Part shown: positions 48,676-61,805 of the stretch, in pieces | How the letters are laid out: each line of letters starts with the position of its first letter | How positions within the stretch are numbered: the stretch's first letter is position 1 | Source of the DNA: Mobula hypostoma | Lineage: Eukaryota | NCBI RefSeq assembly: GCF_963921235.1 | Contig: NC_086097.1 | Span: 118,794,001 to 118,858,000, forward strand | Reading direction: 5' to 3' | Length of the DNA stretch: 64,000 nucleotides | Notes under the pieces: generated by a model | The model's input: the letters and a program-made list of their open reading frames with translations, nothing else | The model's database searches: none | Told to the model about the DNA's origin: nothing | Program-made: the position numbers and the translations under genes

Positions 48676-51208
48676 AAGGAATCAGTGGCTGAAAATTCTT
48701 TATGTGCGATTAAGGAGATAATGGAGACTGTGGTGGCTTATGTCTGAGAGGTATTCAGCTAAACATCAGAATGACAGTATTGGTGCCCATTAGCCAATAA
48801 TGTAAAATGCCAGTAGATATATCCCTGGTGTCTTTAGCCCTTCAACATACTAAAGGTTTGAATATGACATAAAAGTGGAATGATAAATGAATTGGCATTG
48901 AAATGTGAAAGCCTGATGAATTTCAACTAGCTAAGGTGGCAACTAACACAATGGTGAAGGAACAACAATGAGTGTGACCAGTGATGAACTCTGAAGAGCA
49001 TAAGTAAGATAGGGATGTGGAAGTTTTCAACACAGTAGCCTTGGTGTTGTCTGGTTCCATGCCATGTGCTCTATCAAATACTCTCAGCTGTTGCTGCAGA
49101 TAGATTTCTGTGATAGCAGGGTTGTCGCAGGGACCAGATATACTGTATCATCTACATGAGAAAGTCTGCAGATGCTGGAAATCCAAAGCAACGCACACAA
49201 AAGGAAGGAACCTAGCAGGTCAGGCAGCATCTATGGAAATGAATAAATAGTCAAGTTTTCAGGCCGAGACTCTCCTTCAGGACTGGAAAGCAAGGGGGAA
49301 GATGCAGAATAAAAAGATGGAGGGAGGGGAAGGAAACAAGCCGGAAGGTGGTAAGTAAAGACAGCTGGGTGCAACGGATAAAGGGCAGGAGAGGAAAGAA
49401 TTGGATAGGAGAGGAGAGTGGGCCATAAGAGAAAGGGAAAGATAATGTATCATCCACTTGATACACCTGGCTAGAGCTGCCTGCAAGGTTCTCAGCCACT
49501 CTCTTCATTGTCATTGGAAGGGATGTACAGGAGCTTTCAGTACCATACTGCCAGCTTCTGGATCCATCATTCCGCTTACTTATCTATTGATTTTTTTCAA
49601 ATTTCTACAATTTGCCTTCTAGTTTTTCATTGATTCTGATACATTTCAATATTCTACTATAAATACCAAGAAATCTCAGGCTAGTATACGGTGACATATA
49701 CGTACTTCGATAATTAATTTACTTTCAACTTTGTCTTTGGCTTTCACATACTATCCTCCTCCATTTTTGAACATAGAACTCTGTCCTTCTTTCAGATTCT
49801 TAGTTGTCCCACCATTATTCATGGTGGGATGTAGAACTTTAAACCAGGCAGTAAATATCAGATTTTAGTGGAATCTAATTCTTCTGCTGCTGCTGTCAGT
49901 GACTCTTATGCTTATACAGACCACGGAACAAAACAGACCATGATTTTGCACCGACCTTTTAACCTACACTAAGATCAATCTAACCTTTCCCTTCTACATA
50001 GCCTTCCAGTTTTTTTTTCTCTCTATTATCCATATGCCCATCTGAGAGTTTCTTAACTGCTGCTAATGTTTCTGCCTCTATCACCAGCCCTGGCAGGGAG
50101 TACCCACCACTCTCTGTGTAAAAACTTGCTTCTTACATGCTTGCTATACTTTCCTCCAATCATCTTCAAAATGAGGCCTCCTTCTATTCACTTTATTAGT
50201 GCCCAGTTTTGAACTGGCAAATCTGTTGAGTCCCCCTGTGTGGAATAGTACCTTATCTCCATGACAACGCTGTGGTATTCTACTTTTAACAGTGTTGCTA
50301 TGGACAGATGTATCTGTCACAGACAAGTATGCAAAGACAGATCAAAGTTTCATCCTTCATGCGGGTTCATTTTCTCAATTATTTATGTCCTGCAGGACTC
50401 ATTTAGCTTGGTCTATGATGTTGTAGAACATGATGATGGTCACAGAATACCCAGAGTACGTGCTATGTGCGGGCAGGAGGTACCGGAGTCCTAGGTCCCA
50501 CACCACCAGGTTAAGGAACAGTTATTATCCCATAACCATTAGACTCTGAACTACCTTGGTTAACTTCACTCACCACAACTCTGAACTGATTCCACAACCT
50601 TCAGACCCCACTTTCAAAGACTCTACAACTGATGTTGTCAGTATTATTTGCAATTTTTTACTTCCACAATTTGTCTCCTTTTGCAAAATGGTTGTTTGCT
50701 GGTCCTTGTTATGTGTATTTTTTCATACATTCTATTATAGTTCTTTATTTTCCTGCCTGTCAATGAATCTCAAGGTAGTATATGAAACATATATGTACTT
50801 TAATAATAAATTTACTTTGACTTCGATGTTGACATTGAAATGTGTGGTGACACTTGCGTACTGCCCCCAGCGCACCCTAGAGTGCACTTGTTAATGCAAA
50901 CAATGCATTTCATTCTTTATTTTGTGGTACATGTGATAAATTAATTTGAATCTGCTCTACCTATTCTACTCTTGATGCCCCTTCCGTGTGTTCCATGAGG
51001 AAAACTGATCTATTGATTGAGAGTGCAAAGTAGCTAGCAATAAATAAAAGATTCTTCTGGCACGTTTATTTTATTTCTGGAAAATTTCTGGATTTGGAGT
51101 ACCATTTTCCCTCACATATACTTACTCACCTGTTTCCTGCCTGTTACGCTGCTGGCATTTCGATCAGCAACAAAGGTCCTCCATCTCTGTTTGTCCATAC
51201 CGTTGCAC

Positions 51209-52233
51209 TGTCATAAGGAGGTGGCTGGGAACGGACCCAAGTGCAAGACCAGACACTGAAGGACTAGGGACAGGGCTAGGATACAGGGTGAGAGCAAGGA
51301 CATGGACACAAAAACCGGGAACCCAGAACAGGAGTGGACAAGAGAGCTAGGAGCCCAGGCTTGCACTCCGAGCCAGAGACTGGACAAGGACCCAGTACCT
51401 GGCTCTTGCCTCTGGCTTGAACCCCAGAACTAGGCAAGGACGAGGCTTGGCTGGCAGGCAGGATGAGGCTGGAGTTTTAAGGCTTGAGGCTAGAGGCTAG
51501 AGACTCGAGACGAGGCTAGGCAGGAGGCAGGAGGCTGGAGTCTTCAGGCTTGAGGCTAGAGGTTAAAGACTTGAGGCGAGGCTTGGCAGGAGGCAGGAGG
51601 CTGGAGACTTGAGGCTTGAGGCTAGAGGCCAGAGACTTGAGGCGAGGCTTGGGGCTGGAGGCTGGGGGCTTCTCCTGGGCAGGGCACGGTTCTTCACCCA
51701 ACGGAGGCAAGGGACAAGAAGGGACAGAACCAACTGTAGGTAACGGCAATATGGCCTGGCTTACCCGACAGAGGCTAGGGACAGGAAGGGACAGAACCAG
51801 CTGCAGGGTAATGGCAAGACAGCCTGACTTACCCAGTGGAGGCAAGGGACAGGAGTGGAGTTAGGTACGGGGTGTCTCCAGGACAAGACTGAAGGCGAGA
51901 TGAGGCGTGAGTTACCAGCAAGACCAGGTAAGGCTTCAGGCAATGTAACGCAAAACGAGAATTTCAGGCGAGGCGAGAGTTACCGGCAAAACAAGGCAGG
52001 GCTTCAGGCGAGGAAACAGAAGGCAGAGGAAGGGATACAAGGAGTAAGGACAAGAACAATCCAGCAGCCACACCCTGGTCTCTGAAGGTATTTATGCAGC
52101 CAGCCCCAACGAGCATCAGCTGCCTCAATTAGAGCTCAACAAGACAGAAACAGGGTAGACAGGAAAACCTGGAGCAAGGGTCGATGGACCGGACTGTAAC
52201 CGGAATACAGACTTCACAGACCAGACCATGACA
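51209..52233 (-). mobile_element. Solo LTR (1025 bp) with internal tandem repeats, probably sushi-like
   Basis: TGTCAT...ATGACA perfect 6-bp inverted termini; perfect 5-bp TSD TGCAC (51204-51208, 52234-52238); shares cccaagtg..agacactgaag with the LTR at 8788; strand inferred from that similarity. Confidence 0.9.
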
Positions 52234-52250
52234 TGCACACAGATATAGAA

Positions 52251-55200
52251 CATAGAACATAGAAATCTACAGCACATTACAGGCCCTTTGGCCCACAATG
52301 TTGTGCTGACTATGTAACCTACGCTAGGAACTGCCTAGAATTACCCTACTGCATAGCCCTATGCTTTTCTAAGCTCCATGTACCTATATTTCTTAAAAGA
52401 CCCACCAACATCAAAGAGCTGACAACAACACATTGCATCAATAGAAACCTGGAAAGATGCACTACTTACCGATGAAGCATGGGAAAAGAGCTGGGCTGCT
52501 GGTCAGATTGAAGCTGAGGGACTTCAGGGTCCCTGTGCCCACCATCCTACTAGCTAATGTGCAAGCCATAGAGAACAAGGTGGATGATCTTAAAGGGAGA
52601 CTCACCTACTGCAGGGAGATGCAGAACTGCTGTGTATTCTGTTTCACCGAGACCTGGCTCTCCCCTAACACCCCTGACTGTGCCATCCAACTGGAGGGAT
52701 TATCCATCCATCGGATGGACCGCATGGTGTCTTCGGGCAAGACAAAGGGAGGTGGTGTCTGCCTACTGATCAACACTGGGTGGTGCTCGGACACAGTGGC
52801 ACTGACAAGCTCCTGTAGCCCGGACCTGAAACACCTGTCGGTGAAGTGTCGTCCCTATTATCTGCCACGGGAATTCACCTCGGTCATACTGACAGCGGTC
52901 TACATTCCCCCCCCACCCCCAGGCGGACGTGGAGTGTGCTCTGAACACACTGTATGCCACATCAGTGAACTTGAGACCAGGTATCCGGAGGCTTTGCTCA
53001 TTACAGCCGGGGAGTTTAACCAGGCCAACCTCAGAAAGGCGCTGCCAAAGTTATACCAACATGTCTCCTGCCCCACTAGAGGCCCGAATATACGACCACT
53101 GCTACACAGCAGTCAAGGATGCCTATCGTTCCGTCCCACGACTTCACTTCGGAAAATCGACCATCAGGCCATATTCCTCCTCTCGGCTTACAAACAGAAA
53201 CTGAAGCAGGAGGTCACGGTGTCAAAAGTGGTGTCGCATTGGACGGAGGAAACGGATTAGGTCCTCCGTGACTGCTTTGAATCGGTGGACTGGTTAGTAT
53301 TCAAGGACTTGGCAGCTAACCTCGATGAGTATGTCTCAGCTGTAACGGACTTTATTTGGAAATGCACGGAGGACTGTGTGTCTCGCAAGACAATCCGGGT
53401 ATTCCCTAACCGGAAACTTTGGATGAACTATGAGGTCAAGTCCCTTTTAAAGGCTAGGGCTGCGGCTTTTAGGTCCAGGGATGCCAGTCGCTACACGGAA
53501 TCCAGGTGTGAACTCCGGAAAGCCATTAAGGGTGCCAAGAGGCAATATCGAGCCAAGTTGGAAGCCCAGGCTAACCAAAGGGATGCCAGTAGACTATGGC
53601 AGGATCTAAATGAGATCACTGGGCGCAAAGAAAAGGCTGGGAATATCAATAACTGTGGTGCTTCTCTTCCTGATGAACTTAACGTATTCTATGCAAGATT
53701 CGAACAGAAGAGGAGCATCCCACTCCCTCCGGATGAACCTGACCCGGTTGCATCGAGATTCATCGTCACTGAGGAGGACATTAGAAGGGCCTTCCTGAAG
53801 ATAAATCCAGTGAAGGCAATGGGCCCAGATGGCGTCCTGGGACGGGTTCTCCAGGCCTGTGCAAGCGAGCAAGCTGGAGTGTTTGCTGACATCTTCAACT
53901 GCTCCTTGCTTCAGTCTAAGATCCCCTCGTGTTTTAAGAAGGCAAAGATAATCCCAGTGCCAAAGAAGAGCAAGATGGCATGCCTGAATGACTATCGACC
54001 TGTGGCTCTGACATCAATTGCTATGAAGTGCTTTGAGAGATTGGTTATGGCACACATCAACCACAGCCTACCGGTCAACCCCGACGCTTTGCAATTCACC
54101 TACCGGAGCAACAGGTCAACAGCAGATGTCATCTCTCTGGCCCTACATTCCTCCCTAGAACACCTGGAGAATAAAGACGCATATGTAAGGTTCCTTTTCA
54201 TTGACTACAGCTCTGCCTTTAATACCATCATTCCAAATAATCTGATTCCTAAGCTCCAGAACCAGGGCATCAGCACTCAGATCTGCAGCTGGATCTTCAA
54301 CTTTCTCACAGACAGCACCCAGGCTGTAAAAATAGGGGACAAGCTCTCCTCTACAATCACTCTGAGCACCGGTGCCCCACAGGGCTGTGTACTCAGCCCC
54401 CTGCTGTACTCACTGTACACCCATGATTGTGTAACCAAGTTTCCATCGAACTCAATATATGAGTTTGTGATGACACAACAATTGTACCTTGGGTAATGAT
54501 GAGTTTGAGTACAGAGAGGAAATTAAGAACCTGGTGGCATGGTGCGAAGACAATAACCTATCCCTCAATGTCAGCAAAACGAAGGAATTGGTTGTTGACT
54601 TCAGAAGGAGTAGCGACCCAATTTACATCGGTGGTGCGCAAGTGGAACAGGTCAAAAGCTTTAAGTTCCTCAGGGTCAATATCACAAATGACCTGACTTG
54701 GTCCAACCAAGCAGAGTTCACTGACAAGAAGGCCCACCTGTGCCTTTACTTCCTGAGAAAACTAAAGAAATTTGTCCTGTCCCCTAAAACCCTCACTAAT
54801 TTTTATAGATGCACAGTAGAAAGCATTCTTCTAGGGTGCATCGCAACCTGGTATGGAAGTTGTTCTGTTCAAGATAGAAAGAAGCTGCAGAAGATCGTGA
54901 ACATGGCGCAGCACATCACACAAACCAATCTTCTGTCCGTGGACTCACTTTACACTGCACGCTGTCAGAACAGTGCTGCCAGGATAATCAAGGACACGAC
55001 CCACCCAACCAACACACTTTTCATCCCTCTTCCTTCTGGGAGAAGGCTCAGGAGCTTGAAGACTCGTACGGCCAGATTTGGGAATAGCTTCTTTCCAACT
55101 GTGCTAAGACTGCTGAATGGATCCTGACCCGGATCTGGGCCGTACCCTCCAAATATCCGGACATGCCTCTTGATTTTTTTGCACTACCTTACTTCTCATT

Positions 55201-56672
55201 TTTCTATTTTATATTTATGATTTATAATTTAAATTTTTAATATTTACTAATTTAACTATTTTTAATATTTAATATTTGTAATCCAGGGAGTGTGAAGCAC
55301 AGAATCAAATATCGCTGTGATGATTGTACGTTCTAGTACCAATTGTTTGGGGACAATAAAGTATAAAGTAAAAGACCCTATTGTATCCATCTCTATCACC
55401 TTCACTGGCAGTGTATTTCACATACTCACCACTCTGTGTGTGAAAAACACAACCCTGACACCCCCTCGGTAAGTACTTCCAAGCACCTTAAAACTATGCC
55501 TCCTCATGTTAGACACGATCAATGCCTCTCATCATCTTATACATCTTTATCTCATCCTCCATCACTCCAAGGAGAAAAGGCCGAGTTCATTCAACCTATT
55601 CTCATAAAGCACTCTCTCCTATCCAGGCAATATTCTTGTAAATCTCCTCTGCACACATTCTCTAGTATCCACATCCTTCCTGTAGTGAGGTGACCAGAAA
55701 TAAACACAGTACTCCAAGTGGGGTCTGACCAAGGTCTTAAATAGCTGTAACATTACCCCTCTGCTCTTGAACTCAATCCCACGGTTGATGAATACCAACA
55801 CACCATACGCCTTCTTAACAACACTGTCAACCTGCACAGCAGCTTTGAGTGTCATATGGACACGGACCCCAAGATCTCCCTGTTCCTCCACACTGCCAAG
55901 AGTCTTACCATTAATACTATATTCTGTCTTCAAATTTGTCCTCCCAAAATGCAACATTTCACACTTATCTGGATTGAACTCCATCAGCCTCTTCTCAGCC
56001 CAGTTCTGCATCCTATTGATGTCCTGCTGTAACCTCTGACATCCCTCCAGACTATCCACAACATCCCCAACATTTATGTCATCAGCAAACTTACTAACCC
56101 ACCCTTGTACTTCTTCATCCTGGTCGTTTATAGAAATCACAAAGGGGAGGAATCCCAGAACAGATCCCTGTGGAACACCACTGGCCACTGACCTCCATGC
56201 AGAATACGAACCATCTACAACCACTGTTCGCCTTCTGTAGGCAAGTCAATTCTGGATCCACAAAGCAAGCTCTCCTTGGATCCCATGCCTCCTTACTTTA
56301 TGAATGAACCTTGCATGAGGAAACTTATCAAATGCTTTACTGAAATCCATATACACTACACTTACTGTTCTACCTTCATCAATGTGTTTTGTTACCTCCT
56401 CGAAGAATTCAATCAGGCTCGTAGAGAACGACCTGCCCTTGACAAAGCCATGCTGACTAACTTTAATCATATTATGCCTCTCCAAATGCTTATAAATCCT
56501 GCTTCTCAGGATCTTCTCCAACAACTTGCTCACCACTGAAGTAAGACTCACAGACTTATAATTTCCCAACCCCATGCAAATCTAGTTTAAGCCCTCTCCA
56601 ATAGCATTAGCAAACCTCACAACCAAGATTTTGGTCCCGATTGGATTCAGGTACAACCCGTCCTTTTTCTTT
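52251..56672 (-). mobile_element. CR1 LINE, internally deleted, split by a Rex1-like insertion
   Basis: (catagaa)n tail at about 52250-52265; RT ORFs 55619-56224 and 56246-56575 (GVPQGSVLG, KFADD, YMDFSKAFDK); ORF1-end peptide DGLYLNPIGTKIL..FANAIGEGLN* at about 56582-56662. Confidence 0.88.
52404..55368 (+). mobile_element. Near full-length Rex1/Babar-like LINE (APE endonuclease plus RT), a few frameshifts and stops
   Basis: [82 protein letters not shown]; tail aataaagtataaag; 10-bp TSD TAAAAGACCC (52394-52403, 55369-55378). Confidence 0.95.
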
Positions 56673-57883
56673 ATAAAGAAAGATTTTTCGTTGCTATTTC
56701 TGTAACATTCGCGGTTGTTAGCCCTGAAATGAGCCCTGAATCTGTAAGAATGTGTGACCACTCTTAGTCTGGTCTTTATCCTTTGACATGCTTAGCAGAG
56801 GTGACCCTACCAAGAATGCGGAGCACAAGGCCCTGGCTCCAGCCAACATAGCTCTCCGGGTCATTGAGGCACTCAAGTCTCCAAGCCCTACAACAAGGTT
56901 GTAGTCCTCTTGGATGCTGCCATGTACAGTATTGTGTAAAAGTCTAATGCCACCCTCAGGGTGGAGGAGCAACTCTCTATATTCTGTTTGGGTAGCTTCC
57001 AACCTGATGGCATGAAAATCGATTTCTCCTTCTGGTAAAAAAAATATTTCTCTTCCCCTCCTCTCTTCTGCTTTTCTCCACTCTGGCCTCTTACAGCATT
57101 ATACTAAAGTCTTAGGCATGTATATAGAGCTAGAGTGCCTAAGACTTTCACACAGTATTGTAGTAATTTTAGGTATTGCACTGTACTGCTGATGCAGAAA
57201 ATAACAAATTTCATGACATATGATAAACCTGATTATGATACAGGTCTTTATTGTGGACTGAAAGTGGAAAGGGGACAGAGAGAAGGGAATCATGGTTGGA
57301 AAAAGAAGGGAGAGGTAATGGAGTGAGATGTACCAGAGAGACATTCTGTAATGATCAATAAACCAATTGTTTTGGGATCAAATGACCTTCCCTGATGTCT
57401 CAGGGCTAGTTATGTCTGCACCAGCTCCACTCTCACCATTCATAACATCCTTCGCTCCCACCAGATATACAAACTTGTTCTCTGCTCCACATAGACAAAT
57501 ACAGTACTGTGCAAAAGTCTTAGGCACGCTTGCTATATAAATATATATATGAGCCCAGGACTTTTGCGCCGTACAGTATACAACTGCACTATCATGTTGC
57601 CCTCTGAATCCAAATGACACTTGGAATTGGAAATGGAATTGGAATTGGTTAATTATTATTACATTCACTGAGTTAGAGTGAAAAGCTTGACTTGCATACG
57701 GTCCATAGAGATCAATTCATTACTCAATGCATTGAGATGGCACAAAGTAAAGCAATACTGTAACAGAATGCAAAACAAAGTGAAACAGCTGCAGAGAAAG
57801 TGCAGCGTAGGTAAACAATAAAGTGCAAGATTACAATGAGGTAGATTGTGATGTCAAGAGTCCATTTTATTGTATTAGGGAAC

Positions 57884-58125
57884 TGTTATGTTTTGTAACC
57901 TCAAAGCATGAAATTAATCCAAATGAAGACACTCGTCTGGGAATACGAGTCTAGTTCGAATTAGCGAGGTGTGCATGTATCACGTGGTAACATGATGACG
58001 TATGCAGTTACATATAACCCGTTTGCTTTACATATAATTTGTTTATTTAAATAAACAAGAGTGCTTAATCAAACAATATATACATAAGTTTACTCAAATA
58101 TGATTGAAATATTAAATACACAACA
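57884..58125. mobile_element. Short solo LTR (242 bp)
   Basis: TGTT...AACA termini and perfect 5-bp TSD GGAAC (57879-57883, 58126-58130). Confidence 0.85.
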
Positions 58126-58987
58126 GGAACCATTCAATATTCTTATAACGGTGAGATAGAAGTGTCCTTGAGCCTGGTGGTATATGCTTTCAGGATGTTC
58201 AATGTAGTAATTCGGAAAGAAAGTGTCATGGAATATTACTGGGATAAATGATGAAGTGAAAAATCCACAAACTTTCTTTATTTTACCTGTCTGTGTAGGA
58301 GGGTGAAGGCTGAAGAATCATTTTAAAGGTTTCGCAGAAGATTTGACTGCTGATTTATCAATGCCTGATGCAGTATGAATATGTATCAGGAGATTTTGGA
58401 ACCCACGTGTGAAATTCTCTACCTACACACCAGTGATAGCAAAATTGCTGCAAGTAGTTGAAAGAATTGTAACAATAATCTCAGATAGACACAACTCACT
58501 GACAGGCTGCTTAGCCTAAAATAGATCTGCAGCATGAACTGTAAGCCACCATTGATCATGTATGGAAGAATGATGACAGGATTCTTACGACACAGTGTCT
58601 TTATGGATTAATTCAATGTGTGGTTTCAGTGAGAGAGCAGTTCAATAAAGACTGGTTGCTCACATTCAGATGAATGGTCAAATGTGTAAACTCTTGTTAT
58701 AGACTCATAGAATAATACAGCACTGAGACAGGCCCGTTGGCTCAACTTATCAATAATAACTATTGTGCCCTCCTATGCAGTCCTGCTTGACTGCATTTGG
58801 CCTGTGTTAGGACATATTCTGGAGCTATGAAATATAGCAAATATTAATTTCAACAGCAACCAGTCTTCAGATCCGAATATGGATTGTAGGTTCGATTCAA
58901 AATACAGCTCAGAACAATGGTCTACCTGCAGCTGTAATTTGGAGTTAATTGCAGATCAGGAAACACCCCATTGACCTCAATCAAGCA

Positions 58988-59075
58988 ATATATATACATG
59001 CACACACACACACACATATATATATATAATACACATACACACACACATACACACACACATACACACACATACACA

Positions 59076-59125
<50 letters not shown>

Positions 59126-59133
59126 TATATATA
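58988..59133. repeat. Compound (CA)n/(TA)n/(CACATA)n microsatellite
   Basis: Direct reading of the sequence. Confidence 0.97.
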
Positions 59134-61119
59134 AGATTACTCAAATAATATTGAAATATTAAATGCACAGCAGGAACCACTCAATATTTTTATAACAGTG
59201 AGGCAGAATGTGTATGTGGTTGAGTGGGATCTGGGACCAGCCATGGTGGAAGGGTGGAGCAGACTCGATGGGCTGTATGACCTAATTCTGCTCCTATGTC
59301 TTATGGTGTGATGGACCTGAGATATCTCCATATGCACACATGCAATAAGTACCCCATTCACCCAAGATGTCCACATATGCATGAATGCAGTTTAGACAGC
59401 AGTGATTAGCAATTAATGCGCTGGTGTGAACACCTAGGTATTTGAAAATTATATGTAACCTAACTGAAGCATTATGAATGATTTGTAACTGTAGAAGTAA
59501 TTTGTTGTTACCTTTGATCTTTAACATATAAACATATGATGTACCACTGGGTCAGGGAGCCTCTCTCTGGAGTGACTCCAAATGCAACCAGCTTGTGTGT
59601 GTCAAATAATGACATCAAGTACTACCAGATTCTTACTCTCAGGAAGCTATCATTGACAGTCACAGCACCCTGCATTCCTCTAAACTCCTAAAGAGAGAGA
59701 ATGATTAAAGATTAGCTTTATTTGTCCCATATACATTGAAACATTGAGACATACAGTGAAATGTGTCATTTGCATCAACGACCAATATAGACCGAGGACC
59801 GTGCTGGGGGCTGCTCACCACACTGCTGGTGTCAACATAATATGCCCACAATTCACTAATCCTAACCATATACCTTCAGAATGTGAGAGGAAAACAGATC
59901 AGCCAGAGAAAATCCATGCAATCACAGGGAGAACTTACAAACTCCTTACAGACAGCAGTCGGAGGAATTGAACCCCAGTTGGTGATCTCTGACATTGTAA
60001 ACCATTGCGCTAACCGTTATGCTACTGTCCCACCTTCGTATACAAAGATATTTGGGTAAGTACATAGATTGCATATTTCTCTTGATTTTCTTTATAAAAG
60101 TTCTATAAGATCTTTATTACCCATTTCAGAGGATGTCTGACACATTATCCATGATGTACCCAAATACCTTTGGAACTGGTATTTAAGAAGCAAAGACACA
60201 TCCAGGTGAACATTTTTTGAGGAGTCAAGTGTAACAAGCAGTTTTTGTTATGAGCAAGAGAAAATATGCAGATGCTGGATAACCAAGCAACATACACAAA
60301 AGCTGGAGGAACTCAGCAGGTCAGGCAGTATCCATGGAAAAGAGAACAGTTGATGTTTCAGGCTGAGACACTTCAACAGAACAGTCCTGATGAAGGATCT
60401 TGGCCTGAGACGTCGACTGTACTCTTTTCCATAGATGCTGCCCAGCCTGCTGAGTTGTTCCAGCATTTTGTGAGTTTTTGTTATATCATCTTTAACTCAG
60501 ATACACTGAATACGCTGAGGAACCGTTCATTGCCAGGAAATGGCTGTAGTTGGCTAGTGTCAGCTGGGACTACATCTGCAACCATCCACTGAAGCACTCT
60601 CTCCCCTGAGTTACATTCCTGATAGTCCAAAATCCTACTCCAGAGATTTAAACAAAATTTACTTTGAGCTTTGAAGAAAAGCAGGAAAAATCTCCCTCAC
60701 ATCTCAGAGATAATATTTATTGCTCAAACACTGAAATATTTGATCATAATGACATTTCTGGAAGATTATTGTGTGCAAACCAACTGCCAAAAACTCCCTC
60801 TGCTGCAACCAGCATGTTTCCTTGTGGGCAACAAAGTTGTTTTAAGACAAGTGGAAATGAACGTGTACTTCAGTGTTTCACACTGGGTGTGATGTGTTTA
60901 GTAATGTTCTGAAGGTGACATGGAAGGTGGTATCTCAGTGCCAATTTATTTTTTAAATACTGTATGTCACTTCTCTCCAAATATGAAACATTTGTCCCAT
61001 TATGGCTTTGTGCATGCAAGTAACACACAGAAAATATACTTATGTTAGCTGTATCACAGAACCGCCTGTAAGACATCCAAAGAGATACACACAAACCCAG
61101 TAGTCAACCATAACACTTT

Positions 61120-61805
61120 CTGGTAATCTCATTGAAACCTGCTGAATATTAAAAGGCCTAGATACAGTGGATGTGGAAAGGATGTTTCCTATAGTGGGAG
61201 AGTCTAGGATCTGAGGGCACAGCCTCAGAGTACAAGAACGTCCCTTTAGAACAGAGAATTTATTTTATTTTTATTTAGAGATACAGCACAGAATAGACCC
61301 GTCTGGCCCTTCGAACAGTACTGCCAACTCAAATGTAACACTAATCTAACAATGGGACAATTCACAACAACCAATTAATCGACCCAGCATGACTTTGGAA
61401 TGTGGGAGGAAACCAGGGGGGCCGGAGAAAAACCACGCATTCCATAGGGAGGACATGTAGAGACTCCTTAAGCAGGATGCCAGGATTGAACTCCGAACTC
61501 CGACGCCCCGAGCTGTGATAGGGCTGTGATCATTGCTGTGTTACCATGGCATGTATGAGATGAGGAACCTATGAGATTTAGCCGGAGAATGCTGAATCTG
61601 TGGAATTCATTGCCATAGATGGCTGTGGAGCCCAAGTATTGCACATATTTAAAACAAAGGTTGATGAGTTCTTCATTAGTAATGAGTTCAAATGTTATGG
61701 GGAGAATGCATGAGTATAGGGTTGAGAGAGATAATAAATCAGCCATAATGAAATAGATTCAATGGGTAGAATGACTTAATTATGTTCTTATGTCTTATTG
61801 TTTTA
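61120..61805 (+). mobile_element. CR1 3' fragment split by a minus-strand SINE (about 61257-61550)
   Basis: GLDTVDVERMFP..GHSLRV..PFRTE, then the SINE, then MLNLWNSLP; tail ttcttatgtcttattg. Confidence 0.75.

Noticed and set aside
51121..51135. Perfect minus-strand splice donor CAG|GTGAGTAAG
   Set aside because: Lies at the apparent tail of the short host repeat of the nest; no supportable exon upstream.
51440..51860. Repeat array that might be taken for a CRISPR array or a repetitive protein (ORF 51516-51845)
   Set aside because: Degenerate short tandem units without unique spacers, inside a TSD-flanked solo LTR in eukaryotic DNA; no cas genes.
58922..59180. CV- and HT-repeat ORFs
   Set aside because: Translations of the CA/TA microsatellite.
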